A stretch of DNA of 41,794 nucleotides from Methanobacterium sp. (GTDB lineage: Archaea; Methanobacteriota; Methanobacteria; Methanobacteriales; Methanobacteriaceae). Below the pieces are notes generated by a model. It saw nothing but the letters and a program-made list of their open reading frames with translations, did not search any database and was not told the DNA's origin. This document shows positions 1 to 9,509 of the stretch, one piece after another (position 1 is the stretch's first letter; each line of letters opens with the position of its first letter). A program made the position numbers and the translations under genes. The stretch covers positions 1-41,794 of the forward strand of contig PMWA01000019.1 in assembly GCA_003166335.1 (NCBI GenBank), in the 5' to 3' direction.

Positions 1-345
1 AGAATTGGTTTAATATTATTAGGAATATGGAGTATTGGAGCATTTATTCTTGCTTTCTTCCCTGCAGATTTAACTCCTCCTGCTACAATTCATGGAACAA
101 TTCACATTATTACAGCACTTGCGGCTTTTCTAGGAGGTTGTCTTGGTATTCTTGCACTTTCACTTCGCATGAGAACTGACGATGAATTTAAAGGTATAAT
201 AAAAATTGCACTGCCATTAAGCATATTTTCCGTTATCAGTTTAGCTTTTTTACCACTTCCTGTAACTGGATTAATTGAAAGAATATTTTTAGCTTCGGTA
301 CTTCTTTGGATGTTAATTATTTCCATTTACCTATTAAAGAAATAA
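1..345 (+). CDS. DUF998-like membrane protein, 3' part (5'-truncated by window edge)
   Basis: Frame +1 open from base 1 to TAA 343-345, not in ORF track: RIGLILLGIWSIGAFILAFFPADLTPPATIHGTIHII...GLIERIFLASVLLW. The FPxD, H-G-x-I-H and GLxER motifs are typical of DUF998. Confidence 0.7.
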   Translation, partial: RIGLILLGIWSIGAFILAFFPADLTPPATIHGTIHIITALAAFLGGCLGILALSLRMRTDDEFKGIIKIALPLSIFSVISLAFLPLPVTGLIERIFLASVLLWMLIISIYLLKK

Positions 346-497
346 ATAAACTGTGTAATATCTATATAAACGATCATTTGTGGACTAAAAAATAGTTTAG
401 AGTATAAACTAAATAAAAAAATAAATTAAACTTATTGAAGTATTTTCCTAACAAAATATATGGATTTAAATGTAATAATTCAAGTAGGTGATAAATC

Positions 498-674
498 ATG
501 GATAGTAAAGAAAAAGTAATTAAAGCTTTCAAAGAATCTGAAGAACCTTTAAATGCCACTAAAGTTAGTCAAATCTCTGGTGTTGAGAAAAAAGAAGTTG
601 ATAAAATTATGAAGGAACTTAAAAAAGATGAGACTATTTATTCTCCTAAAAGGTGTTATTGGACCTTAAAATAA
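498..674 (+). CDS. Small (58 aa) winged-helix DNA-binding protein
   Basis: Manual translation MDSKEKVIKAFKESEEPLNATKVSQISGVEKKEVDKIMKELKKDETIYSPKRCYWTLK; RBS AGGTGA at 486-491; oligo-T tract after stop; below ORF-track length cut-off. Confidence 0.85.
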   Translation: MDSKEKVIKAFKESEEPLNATKVSQISGVEKKEVDKIMKELKKDETIYSPKRCYWTLK

Positions 675-744
675 TAATATACAATATTTTTTTTTCTATT
701 TTGAATCTTCTATTTACCGGTTTCTTTTTTGTTTATATCAAACT

Positions 745-858
745 ATCACTAGCCATAGACTGTTTTTTCCCAGCGGAGAATGGTGATCTGTGTAGATGAT
801 AGGGAGTATCTATTAAAAGCTGTTTATGAACTTATACGTTATTTATTAATTCTATCAT
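745..858 (-). pseudogene. Heavily deleted remnant resembling an MBL-fold metallo-hydrolase
   Basis: Minus strand reads GGAGG upstream, then MIELINNV*, LLIDT, and HLH-(shift)-DH, i.e. collapsed LIDTG and HxHxDH motifs. Left boundary approximate. Confidence 0.3.
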
Positions 859-956
859 GGTTCCAAGCGACACAATCCTCCTAATACTGTTTGAAATTTT
901 TTTAATGGTTTATAAATATTTAAATCCTACACAAACAAATTATTAAAGGTGATATT

Positions 957-1238
957 ATGGATAAGAAAACTAATGATTTAATGGAGAAGTGTAAAAATAT
1001 CGAAGAAGGTACTGTCATGGACTCTTGTAAGGTTATGTTGGAGGTTATGGCTAAAAAAGACGTAAAATTAGAAGATAAATCAGATGAAACCTATCTGCAT
1101 ATGGCGGAAAATCTTTCACCCAAAGACGTTCCTAAAGTTCTTGAACTAGCCTTAAAAGTGAGAGAAAGTGGTGAAATTAAAGATACGGAACTTAAAAATA
1201 CTGCAAGCAAACTTATAAGAGCTATAGAAATGAGTTAG
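957..1238 (+). CDS. Hypothetical soluble helical protein (93 aa)
   Basis: ORF with AGGTGA RBS and T-rich tract downstream; no recognised motif. Confidence 0.8.
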   Translation: MDKKTNDLMEKCKNIEEGTVMDSCKVMLEVMAKKDVKLEDKSDETYLHMAENLSPKDVPKVLELALKVRESGEIKDTELKNTASKLIRAIEMS

Positions 1239-1334
1239 TTTATTATTTATTAATTTAATTCTTCTTCAAATTTATTTTTTTTACATCTTATTTCCTTCAT
1301 ATATAAGCCTATTGATCTTTTTTTAGTCGGTATT

Positions 1335-1350
1335 TAGACCGTATGGTCTA
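1335..1350. promoter_or_regulatory. Palindrome TAGACC-GTAT-GGTCTA, candidate TetR operator
   Basis: Perfect 6-bp inverted repeat about 10 nt before a TTTATATA box and upstream of the TetR pseudogene. Confidence 0.55.
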
Positions 1351-1466
1351 GACCACCATGTTTATATACCTTTAAGAATCAACAACCATTTGATATTGAA
1401 TTTAAGTTTGTTTAATGATTTAAAGTAATTAAAACTTGCAATTGTAAAATAATAATAGAGGTAAAT

Positions 1467-1855
1467 TTAAATCAAAGAAAATCATTTGAAAGGAAGAATG
1501 AACTTGTAGAAGCTGCTTTAGATGAGTATACCATGAAAAGCTATGAAAATGCTTCATTAAATAAAATAATCAAAAATATAGGCATCAGCAAAGGCACATT
1601 TTATTACCACTTCCAAGATAAAAAGGGCACTCTATATTTTTACTGGATTCTGCTTACAAAGCTCAGATGGAGTTTGTGAACAAGCTTATGAAAGAATTAA
1701 GTGAAGATTTTAAAGAAAAAGATTTTTTTGATATGCTAAAGCTACACACTCAAATAGGCGTTGAATGTGCCATAGCTTATCTTAAATACCTGAAACTAAT
1801 AATCAGGTATATGAAAGAAACGGAAACCCTAGAGAACAAGCAAATTCTTGGATAA
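1467..1855 (+). pseudogene. TetR/AcrR family regulator, frameshifted and lacking a canonical start
   Basis: RKSFERKNELVEAALDEYTMKSYENASLNKIIKNIGISKGTFYYHFQDKK (TetR HTH) in one frame, frameshift near 1625-1645, C-terminal part continues as ORF 1667..1855; TTA at the expected start position after GAGGT. Confidence 0.85.
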
Positions 1856-2463
1856 ATAAATGTAATTTATCATGAAAAACCAGATGGAACTTACAGATCG
1901 ATTAGATTAAGTCATATTTTTGAGTATCAAAATAGACTTCCACAATATGTAAGCCATACTGTTTTATTAGTAAAACAAAAATATAAAAATCAGTGTAAAA
2001 AAAAATTAAATTGCTCTTTAATCCTTTATTATAATATATTCTGAATAAAATTATTTTAATTATTAACTAATATAAATTTAAAAATAATCTAGCAGTCTTA
2101 AATTAAAAATACATAACATTTTTTTCGTAAAACAACATATTACATTAATTGTAGTTTATATTCATTTATAGTGAAGAACATAACTTATTAAACTTATTCA
2201 TATGTACATATTATAAATTTATCTTTAATCTAGGTAAAAACCCCAGCTTAGAATCACCTTATTCAAAAATTTATTAAGTAAATAGTTTAAAACCTTTGGT
2301 ACTTCACTATAATCTGATTTTTTTGAGATTTATTATATAAAGACCATTCTTGGCTAAAGATATCACATTTTAACGTAGTACTAGTCCTCTTTTAATTTTG
2401 CAAAAATTATATATGCATACAATTAAAAACTTTTTAATATAAATTTGGTGGGGGGGAATATAT

Positions 2464-2877
2464 GTGAAATTGCCAAAAAAGTTTCAAATAGGGATATTAG
2501 TTTTTGTTATTTGTTGTGTTTTGGCTGTATCTGGATGTATTACTATTAACACTGGTTCAAGTAATACTAGTTCAAACACATCCAGTTCAAGTAATACCAG
2601 TGCAAACACATCCACTTCAAACGATGTTGTTGCTGTTATAAATTATTCTGGTAGTTGGAGTGGTGTAATAAGTGGTCCGTTTGTATCTCGCAATGTAGAG
2701 GGTACTGGAGATCAATCGTTTAATTTAGGTAATATATCTGGTTATATAACAGTTAGTGCCACGAAAAAAGACAGTGGTGGAACTTTAACCGTTTCTATAG
2801 AAAAAGGTGGGAAAACTCTCGGATCTCAAAGTACCTCTTACGCATATGCCGGAACCAGTATAACTACAAATGTCTAG
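2464..2877 (+). CDS. Putative lipoprotein/surface protein with Ser/Asn/Thr linker
   Basis: Basic N-terminus, hydrophobic stretch and lipobox-like AVSGC; low-complexity linker; beta-rich C-domain (YSGSWSG); GTG start after GGGGGA. Confidence 0.85.
   Translation: MKLPKKFQIGILVFVICCVLAVSGCITINTGSSNTSSNTSSSSNTSANTSTSNDVVAVINYSGSWSGVISGPFVSRNVEGTGDQSFNLGNISGYITVSATKKDSGGTLTVSIEKGGKTLGSQSTSYAYAGTSITTNV
2555..2614 (+). repeat. Two-copy 30-bp in-frame tandem repeat in the lipoprotein linker
   Basis: gttcaagtaatactagttcaaacacatcca / gttcaagtaataccagtgcaaacacatcca (2 mismatches). Confidence 0.85.
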
Positions 2878-3180
2878 AATAAATTAATTTATTCTTTTCT
2901 TTATTTTTTTTAGTTATTTTAATCTTCTCCAATTACTTATAAAATCTATTTTTTTGAATTTAAAAAAATGATAAGTGAAATATTTCATAACTATAATTTA
3001 AATCGTCTTTTTTTAAGCTTTTAAAATGGCTTACCTGTATAATATTTTAACTGTTTTGGGGTGTAATTCCTTTTTATTTGAATAAAAGATTTTATACAAA
3101 GACATATATGCAACATTCATATTAGTTTATATTATAAATAATACCATCAGTTTCTTTGTTAATTTGTTGCCCGCTGATTA

Positions 3181-4329
3181 ATGATTTTAGGGGGTTTAAT
3201 TTTTTTGTCTGGTAAAGATGATAAGAATAAATCAAAGGATGAGGAAGTCGGACCACGGGGACGTAGATTTCTTAAATGGTGGATTATAGGGATTATACTA
3301 ATTTTTTTATTGTTGGGTAGTTATATGGCTGGGAGTGTTTATGAAAATAAGCAATCAGCCAACGTGTTACATACGGAGATGATGGGTCCCAATCTTACTG
3401 AACCAGGACTCACTGCAGCAAACTTTAATTTAACATCCAACAGTACGCCGACTAAGATAGTTTCTGGTATTTATGTGGATCGTATTAAAGATCTGTCTTT
3501 ATCAGATAGTTCTTGGACTGTTGATTTTTATGTTTGGTTCAAATGGAATGGTAGTGATGTTAGTCCTGGAGAAAACTTCCAGGTTATTGATGGATCTATA
3601 CTAAGTAATGATTTGGTGGATAATTATACTAATGGAACTGAGCATTATGAGATATACTATGTTTCAGCTAATATATCTGACTTTTTTGACATTTCAAACT
3701 TTCCTTTAGATAATCAATTTCTCTACATTGAAATTGAGGATAAAAAAGATGCAAGACAGGATCTAATCTATGTACCTGATAATGAAAGTTCTGATATTAA
3801 CCCTAATGTGATAGCGCAAGGTTATAACATTAGTAAGATTTCGGTTATCGAAAAACCTCATATTTACAATTCAAGTTTCGGAGACCCCCGCATTGAACAA
3901 GAGCCGACTTCATATTCACAATTAAGAGACGGTATCGCTTTGTCTAGGCCAGATCTGGGATTTTATTTCAGGTTATTCATCGGATTGTTCATAGCTGTTG
4001 CAGCGGCATTGGTGGCTTTATTTATCAAACCTACCATAGCTGAGCCCCGTTTTGGACTGGGAGCAGGTGCTTTGTTTGTGGCAATTGCGAACAATATCAT
4101 AGTCTCTGGTTTAATACCAAAAACAGGAGTCTTAACCCTGGCTGATATGGTGAATGACTTAGGATTGCTAGTGATTCTCATAACCCTTATAGAGTCTACT
4201 ATATCATTACATATCTATGATGTGAATGGTGAAAAATACTTATCAAGAAAACTAGACCGATATTCATTTATCACACTGCTTTCAATTTATATAATTGTAA
4301 ATGCAGTGATAATAATTGCCGCAATGTAA
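3181..4329 (+). CDS. Prokaryotic (Cys-less, Pro-loop) pentameric ligand-gated ion channel subunit; probable start TTG at 3205
   Basis: Beta1-beta2 pattern GIYVDRIKDLSL...WTVDFYVWFKW; Pro-loop FDISNFPLDNQ; pre-M1 Arg; four C-terminal TM helices with M2 EPRFGLGAGALF and M2-M3 loop LIPKTGVLTLAD. Confidence 0.85.
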   Translation: MILGGLIFLSGKDDKNKSKDEEVGPRGRRFLKWWIIGIILIFLLLGSYMAGSVYENKQSANVLHTEMMGPNLTEPGLTAANFNLTSNSTPTKIVSGIYVDRIKDLSLSDSSWTVDFYVWFKWNGSDVSPGENFQVIDGSILSNDLVDNYTNGTEHYEIYYVSANISDFFDISNFPLDNQFLYIEIEDKKDARQDLIYVPDNESSDINPNVIAQGYNISKISVIEKPHIYNSSFGDPRIEQEPTSYSQLRDGIALSRPDLGFYFRLFIGLFIAVAAALVALFIKPTIAEPRFGLGAGALFVAIANNIIVSGLIPKTGVLTLADMVNDLGLLVILITLIESTISLHIYDVNGEKYLSRKLDRYSFITLLSIYIIVNAVIIIAAM

Positions 4330-4893
4330 AAATTTATAACTTCATTATAAAACCTTAGATTTAATTTTTAATAATTCAGGCAGTTTTTACTAATAATAAA
4401 TGTCGATAAGATTAGTTGAAAACACATTTTGGGTCATATAATTTTTTCATCAACTTATCTTAAAATATTATAATTCATTTATTTATCTATTTAGATATAT
4501 TAGTGAAATATTTACATCTTTATGTTAGGTATGATGTAGATTTATGGATATAAACGTATTATAAGTATTATTTTGATTGAATTTATAATTATCATGGTTT
4601 TTTATATATTTTCATCAATATTTTTGGGGGTTTTCTTCAACCTAAAATGAAGATAAAAGATTTAATGGTCGTCAGATTTTAAAAAAACAAATTTATTGGA
4701 AAATGAAATGATCATCTTTGGATTTATCTGCAATATTGGAATTTATTCACATTAATTTGAATAAATTTAACTATTACTATATCACATATATTTAATTAGA
4801 GATTAATATTCATATAATTTTAATAGAAATTTTTTTTTTTTGGTATCAGAATTAAATATTTAATATTGATGGAAACGGTGAAAGTGAAAATGG

Positions 4894-7842
4894 ATGTCAG
4901 ATTATAAGATCTTAATTGTTGAGGATGAATTTATCGAGGCTATGAGTTTTGAGGAATCTTTGAACTCCTTCGGCTATGATGTGATAGGTATTGCTTCAAC
5001 CGGAGAAGAAGCTATAGAGAAAGTGACTGAACTTAAACCTGATCTAGTTTTAATGGATATTGTTTTGAATGGAAAAATGGATGGGATTGAAGCTGCAGCT
5101 CAAATTAAAAAGAATTTTGATATACCGATGGTATATATTACTGCACACCTCGAAGGAAGTGTAGTTAATCGTGTTAAGCTTACATCACCCCATGGTTACA
5201 TAATAAAACCTTTTAATAAAACAGAATTGAAAACTACTATTGATTTAGCGCTTTACAAGCACCAAATGGAAAGTAAATTAAAATTAAGTGAAGAGAAATA
5301 TATAACGCTTTTTGATGCTGATCCTGATTATAATCTTCTTTTAGGGACCGATGGGATAATTCAAGATGTAAATGATGCTACAACCGTTATAACTGGCCTG
5401 TCTAAAGAAGAGTTAATTGGTAAACACTTTACTGACTTAAAGATTATAAAAAAAGAGGATATGCCTTTCCATTTAGATAAGATTAATCGTTTATTGGAGG
5501 GGGAGTCTGTAAAACCGTTTGAATACCAATTTATCGATAAAGACGGCAATATACTTTGGGTTTCAATTCATTTAAAACCAATAATGAAAGATGAAAACAT
5601 CTCATCTATTTTAGGGATCGCTAGTGATATAAACGAAGAAAAAGCGGCTGAATATTCATTAAAAGAATCTGAAAAGCGTTTATCGGATATTATTAATTTT
5701 TTACCTGATGCAACCTTTGCAATTGATAATAAAGGTAATGTGATAATTTGGAACCACGCCATTGAGAAAATGACGGGAGTTCCCGCCCAAAAGATATTAG
5801 GAAAAGGAAATTATGATTATGCGTATCCATTTTATGGAGAACATAAACCGATATTGATTGATTTAGTTTTAAAGTCTGATCCAGAAATTGAAGAGAAGTA
5901 TATTTTCGTCAAAAAAATGGGACACACTTTATTAGCTGAAACAAATGCTAGTTTCAATGGAAGAAATCATAGGCTTTGGGCTAAGGCCGTGCCTCTTTAT
6001 GATCATAATGGTAATTTCAACGGTGCCATTGAATCTATTCGTGATATTACTGACCGTGAAAAAGCTGAATTTGCTCTTAAAAAAAGTGAGAAACGCTTCA
6101 GGGCTGTTGCAGAGTCCGCTGTTGATGCAATTGTCACTACTGATGTGAATGGGATAATATTGTTTAGTAATGATAGTTTAGGAAATATTTTCGGATATTC
6201 CAAGGAAGAATTAGTGGGCAAGAATTTAAAGGTTTTAATGCCGGATAGATTTAAAAAAAATTATCTAAGTGAATTAGAGAGGTTTAAAGTTTCTGGAGAA
6301 CATCGGCGTGTCGGGAAAACCTTGAAAACATTGGGATTAAGAAAGGATGGAACTGAATTTCCCTTTGAAATGTCACTATCCGCTTGGAGAACTCAAAAAG
6401 AATCATACTTCACATCTATCATAAGGGACATTACAGAACGTAAACAGATGGAAGATTCATTGAGAGTTAGTGAAAAGAAATATAGGAGCATTTTTGAAAA
6501 TTCTGGTACTGCTATATTTATTGTTGAAGATGATATTATTTCAGAAGCAAACTCTGAAGCTGAAAATCTCACTGGATTCCGGCGAGATGAACTTGTGGGT
6601 CGGAAAAAATGGACTGATTTGGTAATTAGAGAGGAGCATGAAAAAGTAAAAAAAGATAGTATTGAAAGGAAAATTGATCCTGATTCAGTTCCTATAGATT
6701 ATGAAATCAAAATAGAAGATAAATATGGTACTGTGAAAGATGTTTTAGTTAAAGTTTCTAATATTCCAGGTACGGAAAAATTGTTAATATCAAGCATTGA
6801 CATCACTGAACGCCAGAAAACACAATCTGAGCTTTATCTGGCATATAAAGAATGGGAACAGACTTTTAATGCTGTACCTGATTTAATCACCATAATTGAT
6901 AAAGATTATCGTTTCACTAAAATTAATAAAGCAATGGCTGACAGATTAGGTGTTGAGCCAGATGATTCTGTAGGTTTGATTTGTTATGATGCCGTGCACG
7001 GTTCTAATGAACCATATATTTTATGTCCTCACCGTAAGTTATTAAATGATGGTTTAGAGCATACCGTGGAGATCCATGAAGATCGTTTGGGTGGTGATTT
7101 TATTGTAAGCGTATCTCCTTTACATGACCCAGAAGGGAATTTAATGGGAAGTGTTCATGTCGCCCGGGACATCAATAAACTTAAAAATGTGGAAAGGGAT
7201 CTTAGAAGATCTATTAATCAGAAAGATTTGTTAATTAAGGAAATCCATCATCGGGTTAAAAATAATCTGCAGATTATTTCTAGTTTGTTAGATCTACAAG
7301 AAGATTATGTTAAAGGTGATCTTAAAGCGGTTAATGTTTTACAAGAAAGTCAGAACCGTGTGTCATCGATGGCCATGCTTCATGAAATGCTTTACCAATC
7401 AAAAGATCTCAGTCAAATAAACTTTTCTGACTACATAAGAAACCTGGTTTCAAATTTATTTAACTCTTATAATATCAAAAAAAAGATTACACCTGTAATA
7501 AATGTTGATGATATTTACCTTAATATGGACACCGCTATCCCTTGTGGATTAATAATTAGTGAACTGGTATCCAACATCTTGAAATATGCATATCCTGGTG
7601 ATAACGTTGGTGAATTGAATATATCATTTAGATCTCTTAATAATAGATTGGAACTAGTTATCAGCGATGAGGGGATTGGTTTCCCTGAAGACCTTGATTT
7701 TAGAAATATTGAATCATCTTTAGGTCTTAAGCTCGTGAATTCACTTGTAAAACAGTTAGATGGGACAATTGATCTGGATGTTAGTCAGGGAACTAAATTC
7801 AATATCAAATTTAACGAACTTAAATACAAAGAAAGAATGTAA
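4894..7842 (+). CDS. Receiver-multi-PAS-HisKA_2 signal transduction histidine kinase
   Basis: N-terminal REC (ILIVEDE, LVLMDI, IIKPF), about 5 PAS/PAC units ending in RDIT/DIN motifs, H-box EIHHRVKNNLQ, N-box ELVSNILKYA, DEGIG, SLGL, GTKF. Confidence 0.95.
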   Translation: MSDYKILIVEDEFIEAMSFEESLNSFGYDVIGIASTGEEAIEKVTELKPDLVLMDIVLNGKMDGIEAAAQIKKNFDIPMVYITAHLEGSVVNRVKLTSPHGYIIKPFNKTELKTTIDLALYKHQMESKLKLSEEKYITLFDADPDYNLLLGTDGIIQDVNDATTVITGLSKEELIGKHFTDLKIIKKEDMPFHLDKINRLLEGESVKPFEYQFIDKDGNILWVSIHLKPIMKDENISSILGIASDINEEKAAEYSLKESEKRLSDIINFLPDATFAIDNKGNVIIWNHAIEKMTGVPAQKILGKGNYDYAYPFYGEHKPILIDLVLKSDPEIEEKYIFVKKMGHTLLAETNASFNGRNHRLWAKAVPLYDHNGNFNGAIESIRDITDREKAEFALKKSEKRFRAVAESAVDAIVTTDVNGIILFSNDSLGNIFGYSKEELVGKNLKVLMPDRFKKNYLSELERFKVSGEHRRVGKTLKTLGLRKDGTEFPFEMSLSAWRTQKESYFTSIIRDITERKQMEDSLRVSEKKYRSIFENSGTAIFIVEDDIISEANSEAENLTGFRRDELVGRKKWTDLVIREEHEKVKKDSIERKIDPDSVPIDYEIKIEDKYGTVKDVLVKVSNIPGTEKLLISSIDITERQKTQSELYLAYKEWEQTFNAVPDLITIIDKDYRFTKINKAMADRLGVEPDDSVGLICYDAVHGSNEPYILCPHRKLLNDGLEHTVEIHEDRLGGDFIVSVSPLHDPEGNLMGSVHVARDINKLKNVERDLRRSINQKDLLIKEIHHRVKNNLQIISSLLDLQEDYVKGDLKAVNVLQESQNRVSSMAMLHEMLYQSKDLSQINFSDYIRNLVSNLFNSYNIKKKITPVINVDDIYLNMDTAIPCGLIISELVSNILKYAYPGDNVGELNISFRSLNNRLELVISDEGIGFPEDLDFRNIESSLGLKLVNSLVKQLDGTIDLDVSQGTKFNIKFNELKYKERM

Positions 7843-8221
7843 AAAAAAGATTTGCTCTAGTTTTTAGATGAATGTAAATGTTTGAATGGTTAGTTGTTTA
7901 TTATATTGTTTGATATTAATAATTGAATAGAATTATTCTTATATTTTGTATGATTTTTGAGTTCATTTTTTTGAAGTTTGGTCCCGGTTATTGATATATC
8001 GCGTAAGATTTAAAAATAAATTCTTTCTCAAAAAAAATTTGTTATAATGATCGATTAATTATTCAATTGGCTAAGGTAAATGATAAATTTTCATCATATT
8101 TGTTAAAAGTTTGATAATGGAACTACAAAAAAAATTGAAGTCATTTTTTTTTTAAATAAAGATTTATCCCGAGAATAAAGCGTTTATATTTGTATTATTT
8201 ATCATTCACTTTCTTTTTACC

Positions 8222-9430
8222 CTATTTTTTATTTGCTTTCCTATTAGTCATCATTCTATCGAAGGATAGATAAAATTTGAAGACGGGAGGTAATATTTTA
8301 GTTAGAATATTTTCCATGTCATTTGATACATCATCTAATAGTTCCGTTATGGGTAATTCTTGTGGGCAGTGTTCCAGGCATTTCCCACATTTTATACATT
8401 GAGAGGCGTAACCTTTATTTATAATTCCTAATCCTATAGCATATTGTAATTGGCCATATCTTTTGTTTCCAAAGGTGTTTGCGGTGTCGTATAATTCGAA
8501 GCATCGTGGTATATCCACTCCCGCGGGGCAGGGCATGCAGTAATGACATCCAGTGCATCCGGTTTTCATTAATTCACGATATTTATCCTTAACTTTTCCT
8601 ATTAATTCTAATTCTTCAGTTGTTAATGAATGGGGTAAGGATTCATCTGCGATGCGTAGGTTTTCTTTTATATGTTCTTCTTCATTCATTCCGGAAATGA
8701 CGCAGGTGACTTCTGGATGATTTAGTACCCATCTTAATGCCCATTCTGGAGGTGTTCTTTTGATTTCTGATTGATTCCATAATTCTTCTATTTCAGCTGG
8801 TATATTTCGGGTGAGATTGCCTCCTCTGAAGGGTTCCATAACTATTACACCTAATCCTTTCGATGCAGCGTATTTTAAACCTTCTGTTCCTGCTTGATTT
8901 TCTTCATCTAAATAATTATATTGTATCATACAGAAATCCCAATTATAAGCATCCACTATTTCTTTGAAAGTATCTTTATCCCCATGGAATGAAAAACCAG
9001 CATTTAAGATTTTACCCTCTGCTTTAATTTTAGTTAAAAATTCCAACGCTCCAAATTCCAGCATTTTATTCCAACTGGAACTATTAAGTCCATGTAACAT
9101 GTAATAATCAATATAATCTGTTTTAAAATTATCTAACTGTACTTTAAAGGTATTTTCCATCTCTTCGGGTTTATTAACATTCCATGGTGGTAGTTTTGTG
9201 GCTAATTTAACTTTCTCTCGATATCCATCGTTAAGAACTCGACCGACTAATGATTCATTCATGTAGGCTATGGCAGTGTCGATGTAGTTAACTCCATGGT
9301 CTATGGCATATCTAATCTGTTCAGTAGCTCTTTTTTCGTCTGTTCTACCATTTTTTGTTGGTAATCTCATTGCTCCGAAACCTAAAACAGATAATTCATC
9401 ACCATTTTTTTCTATTTTACGATATAACAT
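8222..9430 (-). CDS. Aldo/keto reductase with C-terminal 4Fe-4S dicluster domain
   Basis: LGFGAMRLP, NYIDTA, KLATKLP, GFSFH; CTGCHYCMPCP and CIKCGKCLEHCP. Confidence 0.95.
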   Translation of the reverse strand: MLYRKIEKNGDELSVLGFGAMRLPTKNGRTDEKRATEQIRYAIDHGVNYIDTAIAYMNESLVGRVLNDGYREKVKLATKLPPWNVNKPEEMENTFKVQLDNFKTDYIDYYMLHGLNSSSWNKMLEFGALEFLTKIKAEGKILNAGFSFHGDKDTFKEIVDAYNWDFCMIQYNYLDEENQAGTEGLKYAASKGLGVIVMEPFRGGNLTRNIPAEIEELWNQSEIKRTPPEWALRWVLNHPEVTCVISGMNEEEHIKENLRIADESLPHSLTTEELELIGKVKDKYRELMKTGCTGCHYCMPCPAGVDIPRCFELYDTANTFGNKRYGQLQYAIGLGIINKGYASQCIKCGKCLEHCPQELPITELLDDVSNDMENILTKILPPVFKFYLSFDRMMTNRKANKK

Positions 9431-9509
9431 TTTTTTTCATCCCATTTTATAAAATTTTATTTTTATGATTGATTTTATTCCATGTTCGAGTAGAAGTTTT
9501 AATTAATGT

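Noticed and set aside
102..559. Minus-strand ORFs 102..326 and 374..559 in the track
   Set aside because: Antisense shadows of the plus-strand DUF998-like gene and the 58-aa wHTH gene.
1870..1965. Slightly GC-richer patch after the TetR pseudogene
   Set aside because: May be another gene remnant, but no recognisable motif or sustained frame.
3255..3280. RGRRFLK resembling a Tat signal in the pLGIC N-terminus
   Set aside because: Spacing does not match RRxFLK; better explained as positive-inside residues before a hydrophobic helix.
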